Assembly (NCBI RefSeq): GCF_016446395.1
Contig: NZ_CP051168.1
Coordinates: forward strand, 3,749,579-3,813,578
Origin: [Phormidium] sp. ETS-05
GTDB lineage: Bacteria > Cyanobacteriota > Cyanobacteriia > Cyanobacteriales > Laspinemataceae
Length of the DNA: 64,000 nt
Direction: 5' to 3'
The translations under genes were made by a program, and so were the position numbers. Under the pieces are notes generated by a model. That model was given only the letters and a program-made list of their open reading frames with translations. It did not search any database and had not been told where the DNA came from. Shown in pieces: positions 59,609-64,000 of this stretch (positions within the stretch are counted from its first letter, which is position 1; each line of letters opens with the position of its first letter).

Positions 59609-59968
59609 TCAGCTCACTTGCTCTAAATACTGGTTAACATCTTCGATGAGGCGGGTGAGTTCGGCTTCGGTACTGATGCGAATCCGATCGTCCCTTAGTG
59701 TAATCAGCACTTTGGCGGCAAAGGGATTGGGGTAAATGTTGGGGTTGCAAAAAATTTCTAAGAAGACATCGCCAGTATAGCGATACTCCATCGGTTTTTG
59801 GGGTGCGGTTCTGGCACCGCCACCGCCGGGAGCAGCTTTGGCGGCAACTGATTTCAGCTTCTCCATCAGCTCGCTGAGGTGCGATCGCAGCTCGAGAGCC
59901 GCTTGGGGGGTGAAGCTAAAGGCGAGGGAACCTTCGCCGAGATTGAGGGTGAGGTGAGAAAGGGACAT
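59609..59968 (-). CDS. hypothetical protein
   Basis: ORF from ATG 59968 (MSLSHLTLNLGEGSLAFSF...), 119 aa. The N-terminal 37 codons of the track ORF derive from STRR and hairpin repeats. No family recognised. Confidence 0.45.
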   Translation of the reverse strand: MSLSHLTLNLGEGSLAFSFTPQAALELRSHLSELMEKLKSVAAKAAPGGGGARTAPQKPMEYRYTGDVFLEIFCNPNIYPNPFAAKVLITLRDDRIRISTEAELTRLIEDVNQYLEQVS

Positions 59969-59994
59969 GGGGGATTGATTGGGTGATTGGGTTG

Positions 59995-60130
59995 GTCGAG
60001 AAACCGGGTTTCTCGCAGAAACCCGGTTTCTATCCTGGAGAGTCCGCAAGTCCGCTTGTCCCTTGTCCCTAGAGGACAAATGACTAAGGACAAATGACTA
60101 AGGACAAATGACTAGGGACAAATGACTAAG
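59995..60130. repeat. GAAACCCGGTTTC hairpin pair followed by STRR (GACAAATGACTAAG)n
   Basis: gagaaaccgggtttctcgcagaaacccggtttctatcc ... ggacaaatgactaaggacaaatgactaaggacaaatgactagggacaaatgactaagg. Confidence 0.8.
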
Positions 60131-60170
60131 GACTAGAAAAGGATATCATAGAGTTGTCCTAGTTGAGGAC

Positions 60171-61112
60171 ATGAGCGTGGTTAAGGATAATCGCGATCGC
60201 GTCCATCGGGTTCTGGTCCTGACCCTGGGATTGAACTTGGTGGTATTGTCGATCAAGCTGGTGGTGGGATACATCACCGGTTCTCTGAGCCTGTTAGCTG
60301 ACGCTTTGCATAGCATCACGGACAGCGCTAACAACGTCTTGGGCCTGGTGACGAATCACTTGGCAACTCCCCAACCGGACCGGGAGCATCCCTATGGACA
60401 CCAGAAGTTTGACGCGATCGGTGCTTTGGGAATTGCGGCTTTTTTGGGTATGGCTTGTTTTGAAATTTTCACCTCAGCGGTGGAGCGCATCTTGACTCCT
60501 GGGGGGAAAGAGGTACAAGTTTCACCTAGCGAACTGTGGTTGCTGCTCGTGGTGCTGGGGATCAATATTTTCGTGGCCTTTTACGAGCGAAAAGTGGGTC
60601 AGCGTCTGGGCAGCAGCATTCTGGTTGCCGATGCCAAGCATACCATGAGTGATGTCTGGGTGACGATTTTGGTGATTGCAGGGTTGATTGCGGTATGGCA
60701 AGGACGAGTTTGGCATTTACCCCAGCTACAGTGGTTAGATGTGGTACTGGCGTTTCCGGTGGCGCTGTTAGTATTTAAGAGCGGATATGAGGTGATCGGG
60801 GAAAATTTGCCTTGGTTGGTCGATCGCATGGCGGTGGCCCCGGAGGCAATTCACGCCGTTGCTATGAGCGTCCCCGGTATTATCAACTGTCACGATATCG
60901 CTTCCCGAGGCGTCGTGGGACGGCAAGTGTTTATAGAAATGCACGTCATTGTTGATGCTCCCGATGTGGCTACGGCGCACAAAATCACGGAAGAAGTGGA
61001 AGCGCGCCTCGAGGCCAGATTTGCTCCCGTTAGGGTTTTGATTCACATCGAACCGCCGGAATATAAGAGCGATCGCCTCACTTATGATGCGGCTTCGGGA
61101 CAGGAAACATAA
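60171..61112 (+). CDS. cation diffusion facilitator (CDF) family transporter
   Basis: Six TM helices, metal-binding motif LADALHSITDSANN, C-terminal cytoplasmic domain; 313 aa. Confidence 0.9.
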   Translation: MSVVKDNRDRVHRVLVLTLGLNLVVLSIKLVVGYITGSLSLLADALHSITDSANNVLGLVTNHLATPQPDREHPYGHQKFDAIGALGIAAFLGMACFEIFTSAVERILTPGGKEVQVSPSELWLLLVVLGINIFVAFYERKVGQRLGSSILVADAKHTMSDVWVTILVIAGLIAVWQGRVWHLPQLQWLDVVLAFPVALLVFKSGYEVIGENLPWLVDRMAVAPEAIHAVAMSVPGIINCHDIASRGVVGRQVFIEMHVIVDAPDVATAHKITEEVEARLEARFAPVRVLIHIEPPEYKSDRLTYDAASGQET

Positions 61113-61370
61113 TCTTTCATCCTCCAAAATCGGGTTGATTCCGGTGGTCTCCAAAATCCCATAAGTCTTGTGTGGCAAGAATTTGAGCGATTAGATTCTG
61201 GTCATTTGTCTATGAATTTTACCAAACCTATGGGGTGAATAATGACTTTTGTTATCAATTCCAAATAATTTGGCTTGATTTGGGCAAGTATTCGGGTAAA
61301 ATAAAAGGAGTTTAATTAGAGCGAATGAATGCGTGGCCAATAAGCCATCAAAAAACTAGCTTAAATATTT

Positions 61371-61604
61371 ATGAAAAAAATTATCAAAAAATTTTGCGGC
61401 ATCTTATTCAATCCCCGTTTGGCTCCAACTGCTTTGAAAGTTGCCTTGTTTGTCGGCACAGTTTTGTTTTTGATTAATCATGGAACGGCTTTGGTAAAGG
61501 GACAAATGAATAAAGAACGCTGGATGGCTGCGGCTTTATCCTACTGTGTCCCTTACCTGGTAAATCTTCACGGTCAATTGGTGAGTCAATCGGGGAAAAA
61601 CTAA
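61371..61604 (+). CDS. nrtS: NrtS-family small membrane protein (putative nitrate/nitrite transporter NrtS)
   Basis: 77 aa; ALKVALFVGTVLFLINHG...YCVPY resembles the NrtS family (ALVVGTILxxINHG). Confidence 0.55.
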   Translation: MKKIIKKFCGILFNPRLAPTALKVALFVGTVLFLINHGTALVKGQMNKERWMAAALSYCVPYLVNLHGQLVSQSGKN

Positions 61605-62281
61605 GTAGATTCTCGCAAAACATAACCCACCCCTCGCATTGTATGAATCAGGCGTTTGGGGTGACTTGCCTCTAATTTGATGCGGAGGGAGCGAATATAC
61701 ACTTCAATAATATTGGATTCACCCATAAAGTCATAACCCCAAACTGATTCGAGAATGCGATCGCGGCTGATGACTTGACGCGGATGGCGCATGAGAAACT
61801 CTAATAAGTCGAATTCTTTGGCGGTTAATTCAATCAGTTTATTTGTCCGATAAACTTCCCGAGTGAGACGATTTAATTTTAAATCTTCAAACTCCAAAAA
61901 ATCTGGCTCTTCAGCATGATTGCGTCGCAACCGGGCTTTGATGCGGGCTAACAGTTCTTCGACGCTAAAGGGTTTGGTGACATAATCATCGGCTCCAGCA
62001 TTTAGTCCGGCAACCCGATCGGGGATTTCATCTTTGGCGGTTAACATAATAATCGGGATTTCAATTCCTGTTTGCCGCAACCGCAAACATAAATCTAATC
62101 CAGAAATTCCCGGCAGCATCCAGTCTAAAATTACCAGGTCGGGTCCCTGGTTCCTCGCCATTGATAAACCATCCATCCCGTTTTGGGCAACGGTTACTTG
62201 ATATCCTTCTAAACGGAGTTCGCTGGCAATAAATTCGGCCAGTTTGGGATCGTCTTCAACTAACAGAATGCGGTCAGTCAT
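61601..62281 (-). CDS. OmpR-family response regulator transcription factor
   Basis: Receiver (ILLVEDDPKLAEF...DLVILDWMLP) plus winged-helix Trans_reg_C (EVYIRSLRIKLE...IHTMRGVGYVLR). ATG 62281 overlaps the kinase stop (ATGA); the track start is TTG 62299. Confidence 0.9.
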   Translation of the reverse strand: MTDRILLVEDDPKLAEFIASELRLEGYQVTVAQNGMDGLSMARNQGPDLVILDWMLPGISGLDLCLRLRQTGIEIPIIMLTAKDEIPDRVAGLNAGADDYVTKPFSVEELLARIKARLRRNHAEEPDFLEFEDLKLNRLTREVYRTNKLIELTAKEFDLLEFLMRHPRQVISRDRILESVWGYDFMGESNIIEVYIRSLRIKLEASHPKRLIHTMRGVGYVLREST

Positions 62282-63753
62282 AATGTGGGCGGATTCCAAA
62301 GCGGTAAGGTGATAGTAAAGATACTACCTTCTCCGAGTTTAGAGCGGAGTGTAATTCGACCATCCATTGCTTCGATGAGACTTTTGGCGATTGCCAACCC
62401 CAACCCGGTGCCATCTCGGGAGCGAGTCATGGACTCATCCACCCGGTAAAACCGTTCAAAAATCCGATTTTGATGGCTCAGAGGAATGCCAATGCCGCGA
62501 TCGCGCACATGAACCAAGGCAGAGTCTGCTGTTTTTTCTAAAATAACATCAACCGCTGCTTCCGGCTCAGAATATTTTATCCCATTATCCACTAAATTAA
62601 TTAACACTTGTTGTAAGCGGTCCTGGTCGGCACAAACCACCACATCTTCATCTGTTGCTAGCAGATTAATCGAGCGATTACTCACTTTTTGACTCATGGC
62701 CACCACTTCAACAACTAAACTATTCAGCATAATCGGATTGTGGCGAAAATGTAACTGCCCATTGTCTGCCCTGGCTAAATCCAGCAAATCTTGCAACATT
62801 CGGATGGTGCGTTCAGTTTCGGCGGTGGCTGTTTCCAGTGCCTGTTGTTGATATGGATTTAAATTATTGCTCCGACGCAATACACTTTGTAAATAGCCCA
62901 ATACAACTGTTAAAGGTGTGCGTAATTCATGGGAAACGTTTCCCACAAACTGCCGTTGCTGCTCATAAGAACCCGACAAGCGGAATAACATTTCATTGAA
63001 CGCTTCTGCCAACCCCATAATCTCATCGGGGGCTTGATATAATTGAAGTTTTGAATTATGTAAATTTTCGGCTAAATTATCAGCATAAATTGCCCGAGCC
63101 ACTCGACTCATTTCTGCCAAAGGTTGCAGCGCTTTGCCAATGCGGGTAGAAATCGCAAAAGCCAAGATAAAAATCGTCAAAATACTGACGATCATCAACC
63201 GCGACAACCCGGCATTTAATCTTTGTTGATCCTCGGTAATATCTTGAGAAAGATACAGTTTCCCCAATGGCTGCCCATTGAGTAACAAGGGACTCCCGCA
63301 CAAGACAATATCGCGATTGCCAAACCGAATTATTTGGGGCTTTTGCGGCACTTCCGCTAAGGCGGTAATCTGGCTAATTTCCGGGGAATCACTATTTAAA
63401 TCGGGAGAGGTAGCCAGCAGTCTGCCATCATTACTTTTCACCCATACTGCTAAATTCGCTGTCGCCACTTTCTTCACGGTTTTTTCTAACCCCGTTTCCA
63501 GGGAACCCATTTCGCTGTAAAGCTGAATTTGTTCCGGGAAACGCATGGCAATATATTCCAGAGTTTGCTTATGAGCCGCCACTAGATTTTGTTCCATTTG
63601 CCAGCCAGCCCAAACCGCCACGCTCCCCAGTCCCAAAATTGAGAGGGTGACGAGTTCTAACGTCAGGCGGAATTGCAGCGAAGCTGTAGAAAATCGCGGC
63701 TTTTTATTTTTACAAGAGTTAATAAGTTTTTGCAGTGGGCGAATTAATTGCAT
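62278..63753 (-). CDS. sensor histidine kinase (two TM helices, periplasmic loop, HisKA, HATPase_c)
   Basis: HisKA VSHELRTPLTVVLGY; HATPase NLVDNGIKYS...DRGIGI...GTGLGLAIAKSLIEAMDG; 491 aa. Confidence 0.9.
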   Translation of the reverse strand: MQLIRPLQKLINSCKNKKPRFSTASLQFRLTLELVTLSILGLGSVAVWAGWQMEQNLVAAHKQTLEYIAMRFPEQIQLYSEMGSLETGLEKTVKKVATANLAVWVKSNDGRLLATSPDLNSDSPEISQITALAEVPQKPQIIRFGNRDIVLCGSPLLLNGQPLGKLYLSQDITEDQQRLNAGLSRLMIVSILTIFILAFAISTRIGKALQPLAEMSRVARAIYADNLAENLHNSKLQLYQAPDEIMGLAEAFNEMLFRLSGSYEQQRQFVGNVSHELRTPLTVVLGYLQSVLRRSNNLNPYQQQALETATAETERTIRMLQDLLDLARADNGQLHFRHNPIMLNSLVVEVVAMSQKVSNRSINLLATDEDVVVCADQDRLQQVLINLVDNGIKYSEPEAAVDVILEKTADSALVHVRDRGIGIPLSHQNRIFERFYRVDESMTRSRDGTGLGLAIAKSLIEAMDGRITLRSKLGEGSIFTITLPLWNPPTL

Positions 63754-63792
63754 GGGTTGAGCGGGGTAGTTGGGGTATGGGTTAGCAGCAGA

Positions 63793-64000
63793 TTAAAAGT
63801 TTTTGGCACTAGATTGAGTCAGGTCAAATTCAAACCGCTGGGGATAGTTGGTTTCCCCATATAAGTTAAAGCTAATTGTGGGGTCATCGCCGATGGCTTC
63901 TACATGATGGATGGCATCGGGCATGAAGCCAATCAGATCACCGGGCTGCAATTGAATATTGCCCACTTCGGCAATGTGATCGGGTAATTCTGCGGTAGGA
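63793..64000 (-). CDS. cupin-domain protein, C-terminal part (5' end beyond window)
   Basis: Minus-strand translation to stop TAA (63795..63793): ...LPDHIAEVGNIQLQPGDLIGFMPDAIHHVEAIGDDPTISFNLYGETNYPQRFEFD, a cupin (cysteine-dioxygenase-like) motif. Not in the track because it runs off the window edge. Confidence 0.4.
   Translation of the reverse strand, partial: PTAELPDHIAEVGNIQLQPGDLIGFMPDAIHHVEAIGDDPTISFNLYGETNYPQRFEFDLTQSSAKNF

Overview
This window looks like chromosomal DNA from a filamentous cyanobacterium. The octamer GCGATCGC (HIP1) occurs dozens of times. Two heptameric tandem-repeat (STRR) families, (TTGTCMT)n read as GACAAAG/GACAAAT and (GAYAATT)n, sit in almost every intergenic gap. 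There is also a GC-rich palindromic element family and a GTAGGGTGGGCAGTGCC palindrome family. I support about 50 genes; no tRNA, rRNA or CRISPR array is visible.

From 5' to 3' the window contains:
- a partial lipid-A-disaccharide-synthase-related gene
- an ankyrin-repeat protein
- a sugar cluster on the minus strand: GT4 glycosyltransferase, sucrose synthase, and a GH65 phosphorylase fused to beta-phosphoglucomutase
- Mg-chelatase chlH behind a consensus promoter
- a low-GC island with hicAB, a hypothetical gene and a DHH/DHHA1 phosphoesterase
- a SAM methyltransferase
- a two-NBD ABC ATPase
- a zinc-ribbon protein and a small conserved protein
- RelA/SpoT
- a GAF histidine kinase with two CheY receivers
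- a PPOX-like flavoprotein
- a CBS-CP12 fusion
- an AlgJ-like/MBOAT acetylation pair split by a vapBC cassette
- two pentapeptide-repeat proteins
- ilvD
- a Ser/Thr kinase with WD40 repeats
- a hybrid receiver-histidine kinase followed by a 1.5 kb complex tandem-repeat locus
- an RTX calcium-binding protein
- a TPR-GT41 protein
- a two-gene cassette bracketed by 87-bp direct repeats
- a seven-gene minus-strand operon (rfbF, rfbG, NDP-hexose C-methyltransferase, rfbC, NAD-dependent epimerase/reductase, CmcI-like O-methyltransferase, and a 1509-aa GT2-GT4-GT41 glycosyltransferase)
- a CDF transporter, nrtS, and an OmpR/histidine-kinase pair

The most interesting points:
- a complete CDP-deoxysugar pathway with both a C- and an O-methyltransferase, coupled to the giant triple glycosyltransferase
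- hairpin and GC-rich repeat elements inserted in-frame into coding sequences
- four genes broken by single-base frameshifts, three of them at or next to homopolymer runs
- a 107-bp x ~10 hairpin tandem array beginning inside the 3' end of a histidine-kinase gene
- a vapBC cassette inserted between the two acetylation partner genes

The ORF track appears to list only ORFs complete within the window and to label GTG/TTG starts as M. Several starts were therefore re-set to internal ATGs with Shine-Dalgarno support. Two edge-truncated genes not in the track were added by manual translation.
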